Part shown: in pieces, positions 51,601 through 63,000 of the stretch | Numbering within the stretch: position 1 is the first letter of the stretch | Layout of the letters: the number at the start of each line of letters is the position of its first letter | NCBI GenBank assembly: GCA_002269645.1 | Contig: NIVC01000767.1 | Coordinates: 175,840-239,839 of the forward strand | Length of the DNA stretch: 64,000 bases | Direction of reading: 5' to 3' | DNA from: Macrostomum lignano | Lineage: Eukaryota | Notes under the pieces: generated by a model | The model's database searches: none | What the model was told of the DNA's origin: nothing | Seen by the model: the letters and a program-made list of their open reading frames with translations, nothing else | Position numbers and translations under genes: made by a program

Positions 51601-54600
51601 ACACAACTATTTCACTACATACTACTATTTCACTACACACAACTATTTTACTACATACTACTATTTCATTACATACTACTATTTCACTACATACTACTAT
51701 TTAATTACATACTACTATTTAACTACATACTACTATTCAACTAGATACTACTATTTAACTGCATACTACTATTTAACTACATACTACTATTCAACTAGAT
51801 ACTACTATTTAACTAAGATACTACTAATTGACTACATACTATTATTATTTCACTAGACACAACTATTTCACTACATACTACTATTTAACTACATATTACT
51901 ATTTCACTACACACTACTATTTCACTACATACTACTATTTCACTACATACTACTATTTCACTACATACTACTATTTCACTACATACTACTATTTCAGCGG
52001 CAAGCCGCGACCTCCACCACCGCCTCGTCGGGGTTCGGTGCTCAGTGGAGGCCTCCCGGCGGCATCTTCCTCGTCGCCGTCGCCGACATTGCCGCTCGGC
52101 CAAACAACGACTCTGTCGCCGCCGCTGCCAACATCGTCAGCGCCGGCGACGAAAGAGAAGCCGCGCCCGCCAGTGAGGTCGACTACATCCGGGCAGCCGG
52201 CACGTCCTATTTCAACGGAGCCCGACAGGCCGCAGCTGCCGCCGAAACTGCCTCCTTCATCTACCGAAAGTCAGCTACCTCTGCCGCCGAAACTGCCTCC
52301 ATCATCTACCGAAAGTCAGCTACCTCTGCCGCCGAAACTGCCTCCATCATCTACCAAAACTCAGCCACCCTGCCGCCGAAACTGCCTCCATCATCTACCG
52401 AAAGTCAGCCACCGCTACCGCCGAAACTGCCTCCATCATCTACCAAAACTCAGCCACCTCTGCCGCCGAAACTGCCTCCATCATCTACCGAAAGTCAGCC
52501 ACCGCTACCGCCGAAACTGCCTCCATCATCTACCGAAACTCAGCCACCTCTGCCGCCGAAACTGCCTCCATCATCTACCGAAAGTCAGCTACCTCTGCCG
52601 CCGAAACTGCCTCCTTCATCTACCGAAACTCAGCCGTCATTGCCACCCAAACTGCCTCCATCATCTGCCACAAATAAGCCAATGCTGCCGCCGAAACTGC
52701 CTCCATCATCTACCGAAAGTCAGCTACCTCTGCCGCCGAAACTGCCTCCATCATCTACCAAAACTCAGCCACCCCTGCCGCCGAAACTGCCTCCATCATC
52801 TACCGAAAGTCAGCCACCGCTACCGCCGAAACTGCCTCCATCATCTACCGAAACTCAGCCACCTCTGCCGCCGAAACTGCCTCCATCATCTACTGAAACT
52901 CAGCCACCGCTACCGCCGAAACTGCCAGCATCAGCGAACCAGCTGCCTCTGCCACCGAAGCTGCTCGTTTGAGCCAGACAACCAGCCGCCGTTGCCGCCG
53001 AAACTGCCGAGCTTGCAGGTGAGTTTTCAGCCAACTCTGTTCGGCCTCCTGCACCACCCGAACGTGGCTCCATCAGACGTTCTGTGCGGCTACTATCGCA
53101 AGGGCTACTACCCCGGCAACGATGTTAAAGAGGCCAAGCGGTGAGTTGCGTTTGCGTAAGATGCGCGACTGTCGCTACTCTTGCGACTTAATGGCTACTC
53201 AATAGCTACTCAATATCTACTCAATAGCTACTCAATAGCTACTCAATGGCTACTCAATAGCTACTCGATAGCTACTCAATAGCTACTCAATATCTACTCA
53301 ATAGCTACTCAATAGCTACTCAATAGCTACTCAATAGCTACTCAATAGCTACTCAATAGCCACTCAATAGCTACTCAATAGCTACTCAATAGCTACTCAA
53401 TAGCTACTCAATAGCTACTCAATAGCCACTCAATATCTACTCAATAGCTACTCAATAGCTACTCAATAGCTACTCAATAGCTACTCAATAGCTACTCAAT
53501 GGCTACTCAATATCTACTCAATAGCTACTCAATAGCTACTCAATATCTACTCAATAGCCACTCAATATCTACTCAATAGCTACTCAATAGCTACTCAATA
53601 TCTACTCAATAGCTACTCAATAGCTACTCAATAGCTACTCGATAGCTACTCAATGGCTACTCAATAGCTACTCAATAGCTACTCAATAGCTACTCAATAG
53701 CTACTCAATAGCTACTCAATAGCTACCCAATAGCTACTCAATAGCTACTCAATAGCTACTCAATAGCTACTCAATAGCTACTCAATAGCTACTCAATAGC
53801 TACTCAATAGCTACTCAATAGCTACTCAATAGCTACTCAATAGCTACTCGATAGCTACTCAATGGATACTCAATAGCTACTCAATAGCCACTCAATATCT
53901 ACTCAATAGCCACTCAATAGCTACTCAATAGCTACTCGATAGCTACTCAATAGCTACTCAATAGCTCAAAACGCACCAACCCTGCGCAGTCTGATACGAC
54001 ACGCATCGGGCAACGGAGTTTACATGCTGCGCGGCTTCTGCCAGGGCCAACAGAGCCAGGAGCTGGCCGTCTGCCTTCGCCTCGACGATAAATCTTACAA
54101 ATTCAGCGTGGAAGCGACGACGTCCGGCAGCTGCCAGCAGTTCTGCATCGCCGGCGAGAGCGGCGGCAGGGCGCACGAGACCGTCGAAGCGATGCTGTTC
54201 TACCATCATCTGTTCCCCATCCTGACTGGCACTGGGATGTCCGATATGCGACTGGCGAGACCCTTTGACTTGGAGTGAGCTGGGCGATGCATGTTCTCAT
54301 GGATGATTTGTGTTCTCATGGGTGACTCGTGTTCTCATGGGTGGCTCGTGTTCTCATGGGTGGCTCGTGTTCTCATGGGTGGCTCGTGTTCTCATGGGTG
54401 ACTCGTGTTCTCATGGGTGACTCGTGTTCTCATGGGTGACTTGTGTTCTCATGGGTGACTTGTGTTCTCATGGGTGACTCGTGTTCTCATGGGTGACTCG
54501 TGTTCTAATGGATGACGCAAATTCTTATAATCCATTCGGTGGTTGTCCTTCTCAGTAGAGACCCTTCGGTTTCTGTATGGTCACTATGGAAGCATGCTGT

Positions 54601-57600
54601 TAATTACGAATAAAAAAATGAAACATGAGAAAATTTTGCTCATAAACAATCGCCAGGAAGGACGCAATTGTCAGCGGTTTGACCGCCGCCTTTTCGGCCA
54701 GCCTGTGGCACTACGGAGGCAAGGCCACCTGCACGAGTGAGTCATGGAGGCGGGCTGGGCTAGCAGCTGCGTGCTATTATTCAATTTAGACTACTGAGAA
54801 AAGTAGACAAGTAGAGATTTGAATAGTGAAATCTCTCACTAAGACGAAAAATGCCGCCATAAAAGAAATGACAGAATTACGAGAAGCGTCTGTGCACACC
54901 GATAGCGGTGAGAGAGAACGACGTGTGGGCTAGGGCTGACTGACGAAGGCGGAAAGCCAGAAACTGGTCTTGATCTGCCTGCGCAAGGTTCAAAACCCCA
55001 CTTTTAGGGTGTCACATGCTGGAATTATTAGCAGGGCGGATTAACACAACAGACTTTCGCACCAAAGAATCACACATTAACTCTGATGCGATGGCTCACA
55101 CTGGGTGTACAGCAGCCCTGACTTTCTAACCGTCAGGCATGTACAGTCTGTGTGCCGTGGGGGTTGGCCTTCATGGGTAGGGGAATCGCACCCCCCTTTG
55201 GACTTTGGACTTTGATACGAGTATCAAAAAAGTTGCAGTTCAATGCTATCAGTGCACTGTAGATTCCCGGTTATTCATTGAATCCTTTCAGCGTTCTCGT
55301 TGAAGCAGCCGACGGTACGTACGCCCTTCGAATGGACTCCTATGACACCACCGTGCTGTGCGTTGTACAAAATGGTCAAGTCATGAAATTTCGCATCGTT
55401 GTGACAGCCGGTCAGCCGGTAGCGACGAGGTTTGACTCGCTTGACTCATTTTTCTGGAACTTAAACTACGTCTTTAATACTCTACTGGCAGTAGTATCAG
55501 AATAATTTTTACCAGAAATAGACTTTAATACCATCAGCAGAAGGAAAAACATGCTATAGATTCGCAAAGTAGATTAGCAATCCATTTTATCCTGTAGTAT
55601 AATATTTGGGAATAGATTAGCAATCCATTCTATCCTGTAGTATAATAGGCGGGAATAGATTAGCAATCCATTCTATCCTGTAGTATAATAGGCGGGAATA
55701 GATTAGCAATCCATTTTATCCTGTAGGATAATAGGTGGGAATAGATTAGCAATCCACAAAACACCCACCCGTCCCACCGCACCGCAGCTGATATTCGCCA
55801 TCAACTTTCCGAATTCGAGCAAGTTCAGCAGCATCGAGGAGCTGCTGCTGCACTATCACAAGAATCCCCTGCCAACTAACTCGCTGGGTACATCGGATCT
55901 GCTGCTGCGGATTCCTTTTCAGTTGTCTACGTAAGAATGTTGACCATGATGTCAAGGGCCGCGCTGTACACACTGTGTGAGCGTTGTGTAATGAGAGCGA
56001 AATGGGCAGAATTGCCTCAGCGCCAGGGTCAGAAGCCTCCGAATATTTATTACTATATAAACCGCCTTCAGGAGATGCCAGCACGAACTCAGCCGCCTGG
56101 TCAGGCTGCCAGACGAGCAGGTGATTCGCAGCGGCACGGCTGATTCGGCTGCGGCGAAGTTGAGCCGACACGGCGGCGTCAAGCGCGGCGGTAATTTCTA
56201 CTTGCATCTGAACAAGGAGCGCAAGGGCGGAGGCGGAACCCTGCTAGCTATTGCTCCGGATGCGGCCAGCTCAGGGGAGGTGCACCGGTTGCGCCTGGTT
56301 ACCATGGAGACCGGATTTATCGGACAACCGCAGGTGATAATTTATTGATTGAGTAGTTCCCCTCGTGATCTAGTTACGGGCGAATTGCTGAGATGTCAAG
56401 GCTGAGGTCAGAAGCTACATGTAGTTTATTTAAAAACTTGTATTCGTCTACACATACTAGTATAGATATAAACACGTTTGAGTTATATGGTGAGAAGCTC
56501 AATGGCTTTCAGCTCAACGTGGGGCAAGTCAGTGGAATCCCAGTCTGTGGAATCCTGCAGTCTGTGGAATCCCAGTCTGTGGAATCCTGCAGTCTGTGGA
56601 ATCCTGCAGTCTGTGGAATCCTGCAGTCTGTGGAATCCTGCAGTCTGTGGAATCCTGCAGTCTGTGGAATCCTGCAGTCTGTGGAATCCTGCAGTCTGTG
56701 GAATCCTGCAGTCTGTGGAATCCTGCAGTCTGTGGAATCCTGCAGTCTGTGGAATCCTGCAGTCTGTGGAATCCTGCAGTCTGTGGAATCCTGCAGTCTG
56801 TGGAATCCTGCAGTCTGTGGAATCCTGCAGTCTGTGGAATCCTGCAGTCTGTGGAATCCTGCAGTCTGTGGAATCCTGCAGTCTGTGGAATCCTGCAGTC
56901 TGTGGAATCCTGCAGTCTGTGGAATCCTGCAGTCTGTGGAATCCTGCAGTCTGTGGAATCCTGCAGTCTGTGGAATCCTGCAGTCTGTGGAATCCTGCAG
57001 TCTGTGGAATCCTGCAGTCTGTGGAATCCTGCAGTCTGTGGAATCCTGCAGTCTGTGGAATCCTGCAGTCTGTGGAATCCTGCAGTCTGTGGAATCCTGC
57101 AGTCTGTGGAATCCTGCAGTCTGTGGAATCCTGCAGTCTGTGGAATCCTGCAGTCTGTGGAATCCTGCAGTCTGTGGAATCCTGCAGTCTGTGGAATCCT
57201 GCAGTCTGTGGAATCCTGCAGTCTGTGGAATCCTGCAGTCTGTGGAATCCTGCAGTCTGTGGAATCCTGCAGTCTGTGGAATCCTGCAGTCTGTGGAATC
57301 CTGCAGTCAGTAGAATCCCAGTCTGGAATGAAATCCCATGGAGCAAAAAATCCACACGTTGAGCCCCTTCCTCTCAGCATCACTGCCCCTCAGCCATTTC
57401 ATTTCAGACGGGGCGCCACTTTATTTCATAGGGGGCGCCTCTTTATTTCATAGGGGGGCGCCACTTTGTTTCAGAGGGGGGGGCGCCACTTCATTTCATA
57501 GGGGGGGGGCGCCTCTTCATTTCAAAAGGGGGCGCCTCTTCATTTCATAGGGGGCGCCAATTTATTTCAGAGGGGGGCGCCACTTTATTTCATAGGGGGC

Positions 57601-58118
57601 GCCACTTCATTTCATAGGGGGCGCCACTTCATTTCATAGGGGGCGCCACTTCATTTCATAGGGGGCGCCACTATATTTGAGAGGGGGCACCACTTCATTT
57701 CATAGGGGGGCGCCACTTCATTTCAGGGGGGCACCACTTCATTTCATAGGGGGCGCCACTTCATTTCAGGGGGGCACCACTTCATTTCAGTGGGGCGCCA
57801 CTTGATTTGATGGGCGTCATGTACTTTTACAGCCAGACGAGCATGCTCTCCTGTCTAAGCCCCATTTATGGCGTTCTGATCAATGACCTGAAATGACACA
57901 CTGGGTGGGATTACCTGTGGTTGAGGATATTAAAATCCCATAATTTAAAACTTTCTCAGTCACTGCCTGATATTTGAACCAAAATATGACAGAAATTCGT
58001 GCACGTTGAAGACAAACCGGAGCTGGCCGCCCTAAGCCTGGACAGACTTGTTCACATCCTGTGCGCCAATCCCAGCTGCCTGCCGCAAGGATTCCCACGA
58101 CTGTACATGAAACAGTGA
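48648..58118 (+). CDS. SH3BP2-like adaptor: PH domain, acidic Tyr motif, Pro-rich repeats and three SH2-like domains
   Basis: Proposed exons 48648-48681, 49189-49287, 49571-49670, 50898-51215, 51998-53140, 53990-54274, 54657-~54740, 55292-55418, 55788-55930, 56072-56333 and 57993-58118. PH: CRGCLIRR...YHAILRAHHLFLFCNEKAESCQGVIDL. SH2-1: GNGVYMLRG...MLFYHH. SH2-2: LWHYGG...DGTYALR...FSSIEELLLHYHKNPLP. SH2-3: GNFYLH...SLDRLVHIL. Frameshifts occur in the Pro-rich exon, and the 54740/55292 junction is uncertain. Confidence 0.72.
48755..49180. repeat. 39-bp minisatellite CCCTCAGTTGGCAGCTAATCCCCTCTTACCCTCCCTCAG, adaptor intron 1
   Basis: Tandem copies. Confidence 0.93.
49690..50818. repeat. 20-bp minisatellite with alternating AACTGGCACCCACTCTAATA / AACTGGCAGCCACTCAGATA units
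   Basis: Alternating dimeric higher-order structure. Confidence 0.94.
51275..51995. repeat. 18-bp minisatellite ATTTCACTACATACTACT
   Basis: Tandem copies running right up to the acceptor at 51996-51997. Confidence 0.94.
52235..52925 (+). repeat. Exonic 45-bp coding repeat (PPKLPPSSTE(S/T)Q(L/P)PL)n
   Basis: About 15 copies inside the adaptor Pro-rich exon. Confidence 0.9.
53190..53965. repeat. 11-bp minisatellite CTACTCAATAG
   Basis: Tandem copies. Confidence 0.95.
54290..54515. repeat. 19-bp minisatellite TGTTCTCATGGGTGACTCG
   Basis: Tandem copies. Confidence 0.92.
55570..55756. repeat. ~43-bp tandem repeat GAATAGATTAGCAATCCATTCTATCCTGTAGTATAATAGGCGG
   Basis: About 4 copies. Confidence 0.85.
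56530..57330. repeat. Highly homogeneous 17-bp minisatellite GTCTGTGGAATCCTGCA
   Basis: About 45 essentially identical units. Confidence 0.97.
57405..57810. repeat. ~22-bp minisatellite GGGGGCGCCACTTCATTTCATA
   Basis: Tandem copies. Confidence 0.9.
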
Positions 58119-58239
58119 ACATGAAGCTCATGCTGCCTGCGGCTTGGTCGGGGCAGCTGAAACTTACTTTATCTATTCAAATTGTTCTTTAATGATATTG
58201 CCAAGACAAGATGACTTAGCCTGCAGTACGTGCCTGTCT

Positions 58240-58410
58240 CTCCCTGCATCTCTCCCAGCTGCATCTCTCCCAGCTGCATCTCTCCCAGCTGCATCTCTCC
58301 CAGCTGCATCTCTCCCAGCTGCATCTCTCCCAGCTGCATCTCTCCCAGCTGCATCTCTCCCAGCTGCATCTCTCCCAGCTGCATCTCTCCCAGCTGCATC
58401 TCTCCCAGCT
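58240..58410. repeat. 15-bp minisatellite GCATCTCTCCCAGCT
   Basis: Tandem copies. Confidence 0.93.
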
Positions 58411-60074
58411 GCATCGCTTTGCATCTCTCTCTGAATCTCTCTGCATTTCTCCCTGCATCTTTATCTGCATCTGTCCCTAGTTTCGAGTCCTTAATGTATT
58501 CGTTTGTCTCCCTCTAAAGATCTATCTGAAATTTCTCCGTGCATCTCTCCCCATGTCTTATTCAACGAGCGTACGACACTTAAAAAAAATCTTGCACGAA
58601 TTTCTTGCTGGTAAACCGCAGATTATACAAATAATTGATGTGTTCCTTATTACCCGACTTTTGGTAATCAAAGAACACTCACTTCTAGCTCAGTAGCTAG
58701 GCAACCAGTACGTCAACAGAAGGTATTCAATTACCTTGAGTCCTTAACTGAGAGCTCTCGTCAATACTCCTTGTTCGTTGATCTCGTTATCAGTAGCGTT
58801 CCTGTCCTTCAGGAATTCCGGGCGCCGGTCAACAGTTGATCTGGTCCGCTCTTGCAATTGTCTCCTTGACTTCTTGCCGGCCGGTTATCTGTAGTTCGGA
58901 CCAATCGGAAGCTTCCAAGTTAACAACGGGTACCCTGCGCCAAACTGCGGTTTAACATAAGCCTACTCCTTCTAGCAGTGCCTCTATGCACTCTAGGTAT
59001 AGCTCCGGAAACCACTGATAGTCTTCTAAGATCTATCAGGGGCAGTCCTTCTGGAGACTGCAACCAGTAGAGTCTAGACAGACTCAGGAGTCTCAACAGA
59101 CTCAAACTAAACTCCAACGAGACGTCTCAAAACACAGGCGTAAATGAGTAAGGCTTACCGCAAGAACTCGACGAGTCTTCTGTAGGAAGTCCTGTAGTGG
59201 CTTCCTTTTCGGAGCTCTTCTCCTTCCGGGGAATTGTTGGCTCTGAGTCCGTTCCGGACCACTTGCATTTATAGGCGTTCAGACCTCTCTCGAGGTCGTA
59301 CATCACTGTCTTCGCAAATGTCAAAGGGTCACGATTCGGTGGCTGTCAAGCATGACAGGGTAGAAAGTGCGCAACTAGTCGACTGTAAAAGCGCATGATT
59401 GGTTACCGTAGCTGGTAGACTTTGATTGGTTCATCCGGGTCAACCCGAGTGCAAACCAAATGATGACTTGAAGGTGGGGTTTGAATTGACAGTTGTTGGT
59501 CGCACGTGATTGGGTGATTTCTAAAATTAGCATGCTCGAGATTTCTCTCTTTCTATTGGTTAATTCGAATATATGTATGGTTCAGCGCATATCCTTATAC
59601 ATGCTCCTCAAATTACTACTATTTAAGTAGTACGTTAACAATTTTAAATCACTTTTCTGGGAGATATAATACTCTACCTACATAATATGCTAGTGAAAAT
59701 TTCTATTCAAGTGCCTTTCTGCTATTCAATTTCAACGATTCAGAATGATTTTTTATAAAGTTTTAACTGTTTTTCTGCGTTATCTAGCGTTATCTGCGTT
59801 ATCTAGATGTACTCCAGGTTTTTTCAGCTTGCGGCTGACTACTCGGCCAATGCTTAATTTATTCGCTTTGATAAAAATATCTTCACAAATATATGCAAGC
59901 GAAGGAACTGAAAATGCATAAGAGCAGTAATATTTAAACAGACAGAACTGTTACGAGCTAAATCTATGTATTTCCCATCTGTTAGACAGGGATATTTGAC
60001 AGAGAAGTGTCACCTGTGATTAGCACCTGTCGTTTCATAATAATAAATAATAATAACAATATTAATTGACAACA

Positions 60075-63000
60075 CCTACGATCGGAAGCGTCAGTTGCCG
60101 CCGAAGCTCCTGGTGCGGCTGGCTCCTCCCATGGCGGGACCTCTGCCCTTGTGGAAACTCCCACGGCCTCGGAGGGATCCAAAGCGGGGATTGCTGGCCA
60201 AACCACTAAGCCGAAGCGCACCTATGCGGCTATGGAAAAGAGGCAGTCGGCCCTGATTATCCCAGGCCAGGAGACGCCTCTTATGGCTGAACAGCTCGAC
60301 CTAATCTGGTGCGGGTTGGTCTCCCACCTGGTCAAGATGGCCTTGAGCGGTACCGTCATCCAAGTACTAAAGACGAAAGTCGAGGACCAAGCCCTTCACA
60401 TCCAGCCCGCCGAGCGCCGACAGCCAGTCTGAGCAGCTGCGTCGCCTGCTAGTGGCTACCAATCCGGAGCTGCGGGCCAATGGCGTCGTAGTTCACGAGA
60501 CCATCTTCGAGCCTGGCGGAGACGGTTTCACGGCTATTCTTGGACTGTCGGATAACTGGATGCTCCGCTATCCGACATGTCCCTCATCTCTGTCGGCTGA
60601 TACAGATTCAGATCTTCAGCTTTGAGTCTAACGCCACCCGCCCGCCGCCCCCAGAGAAGCGTAAGCGTGCGGGTGGGGCTCTGCCGGCGGAAAACGCCCA
60701 GGAAAAGAAGCTCTCGTTCGTCACGACCCCTCCGAGGACGTGGACCCTGTCAGAGGGAAAGCCGCGAAAACTGCAGCAACAGGCGGACGTGGAAAGGCTG
60801 GAAAACCCGCCCGGAACACTATCCGCTCTGGTCTGACTCAGCGCACGAAGCAGCTGCTGGACACTGCCAAGGTTCGCAACCGCAGCAACTCCCAGCCCAG
60901 TGTCACGAGTGTCATGACCGCATCATCCTACTTCAGGAGCCCTGGACGAAGAAAGCTAAGATTCCGAATATTCCTGCTGATTTTGACTGTTTTCAGACCC
61001 CTAAAACCCCAGAGCAGCCATATCGTGTCTACCCATCTCAAAGCTTGGCACAGACCGGACCTCTCTGACAGACCTCTGCGACATTCAACTCAAACCACAT
61101 AATCACCATCTCACGGTCATCATCGCCTCGATTTTATCCCTGGCGATGGCCCCGCAGTTCACCAACCTCACCTCCTCGTGGACTACTGCTCTAACCGCAG
61201 TTTGAGCTGCTGGTGGCGGGCGAACGTCAACGCGCCACCACACCTGGGGCAGCAATGTAGTGAGTTGCAAGTGTACTTGTATGCGCCAGTCGCTAGAGCG
61301 GGGTGGGGGTTGCTATTGTATCAGCATGTACGTGCTTTTCACCACCCCTGTCTCTATCTTTTATACCCAGTTTGATGTAACAATCGTTGTATCGTATTTA
61401 ACCTGCGTATCGATCTAATAAACGCCAAGAGGCTTCGTCAACTCTCAGTCGTATCTCTCTGCCTTAGTCTACAAGCAATACCTCCAGCAGCAGAGGCGAG
61501 TGTTGTGGCCGCTGGCTAAATAAATGAAGTCAATTCAGTTTGAGAGAAAAGAGAGGAGAGCTGAGGAGAGGTGCTCTCAGCTGTGGCTAGCATTCAATAT
61601 ATATTGTGCTGATAGATGTACATGTTTGCGAGTACATTAAGCATGCAAATTCACAACATCATCCCCCGTGCGAAAAGTGACAGAATACGGGTGGGACAAG
61701 CAGACGCAATAACGCAACCAATGTCAATGAACAATTTTCGGTGCATGAGCAGTCAGTCAGTCAGGTCAGTCAATCACGGGTCACAAGATTGAGAGTCTCG
61801 GGGGCCAATCGGAGCTCTCTTGGCGTTAATGGCGTTAATGAAGTCGTCAGCTTCCCGAACCAGGGAAGGGAGACTATCATTCTGCCAAAGCTTACCGCCC
61901 TATCAGTCTGACGCCTTTCTTCCTCAAACTGATGGAACGGCTGGTGCTCTGACACCTCCTCCTCGTGGACCTGAGGAACTCCCGCTCTCCCCCAACCAGC
62001 ACGCCTTGCGTCCTGGACGCTCCATCGAAAGTGCGCTGCATGATATTTTCGACAAGCTGGAGCGCGCCGTGCTCGGCAGTGGATACGCGCTCTCGCTTTC
62101 CTTGACATTGATGGAGCTTTCAATAATGTGCTTTTTGAAGTCTTTAGGCGGGCCCTGGAATCCCGGGGCACGCTAGAGCACCTTACCCGCTGGATCATGT
62201 ACATGGTCTCCAATCGTACTGCCACCTCGCACCTCCTGGGACACTCTCGCTCTGTAGAGGTCCAGAAAGGCGGACCGGACCGCAAAGTGGGAGTCCTCAG
62301 CCCGATTCCCTGGAACTTGGTCATGGACGAGCTGCTTCTCTGGAGCCCGTATCCGGAACCTGGTTCAAAAGGTCGGCTATTTGGATGATGTTACCGCCAC
62401 TGTGGCTGGACCATCACTCGCGGTTCTCAGAGACCTCCTCCAAGCCTTCATCCACCGTGCCGAGCGCTGGGCGCACAGCTGCGGTCTCGGGTTATCTGAG
62501 TCTGGTGGCTTATCATTTTCACCAGCTGCCGAAACTGGAGGATTGAACCACTCCCCCTCTATGGCAAACTCGTTGCCATGGAGAAACAAAACCAGATGTC
62601 TGGGCGTCACCCTCGACCACAGGTTGAGCTGGACCCCACACGTCCAAACCAAAGCCGCAAAGCTCTAGTGACTCGCGCGCAGATCTGCAGAGCTTTCGGC
62701 GCTACCTGGGGCCTCACCACACGCCGCCTCTGGTGGATTTACACTTCCATTGTGAGACCGGCCATCTCCTTCACCGGCTTCATCTGGAACAGTGCCCTAG
62801 AGGTGAAAGGGGTTCTCGTGCAAGGCCGCGCTTATCACAAACTATCATTAGTTTGATCATTATCCCTCTACGCCCTTTACTGACATAAACTCCTTCCTGA
62901 ACATTCCCCCTTGACCTCTTTGTCAGAAGAGAGGCAATGAAGACCACCGCCGTCTGAATGGTGTCATCATCCAGAAGCAGTTCGTTTTTAGAAAGCGGAA

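Noticed and set aside
56393-57453. Five ~290-aa ORFs
   Set aside because: The 17-bp unit has no stop codon, so frames stay open; it lies in an intron
60085-60115. RQLPPKLLV-like string at the LINE start resembling the adaptor's QLPLPPKLLV
   Set aside because: Short match in a frame other than the likely ORF1 frame; probably coincidence
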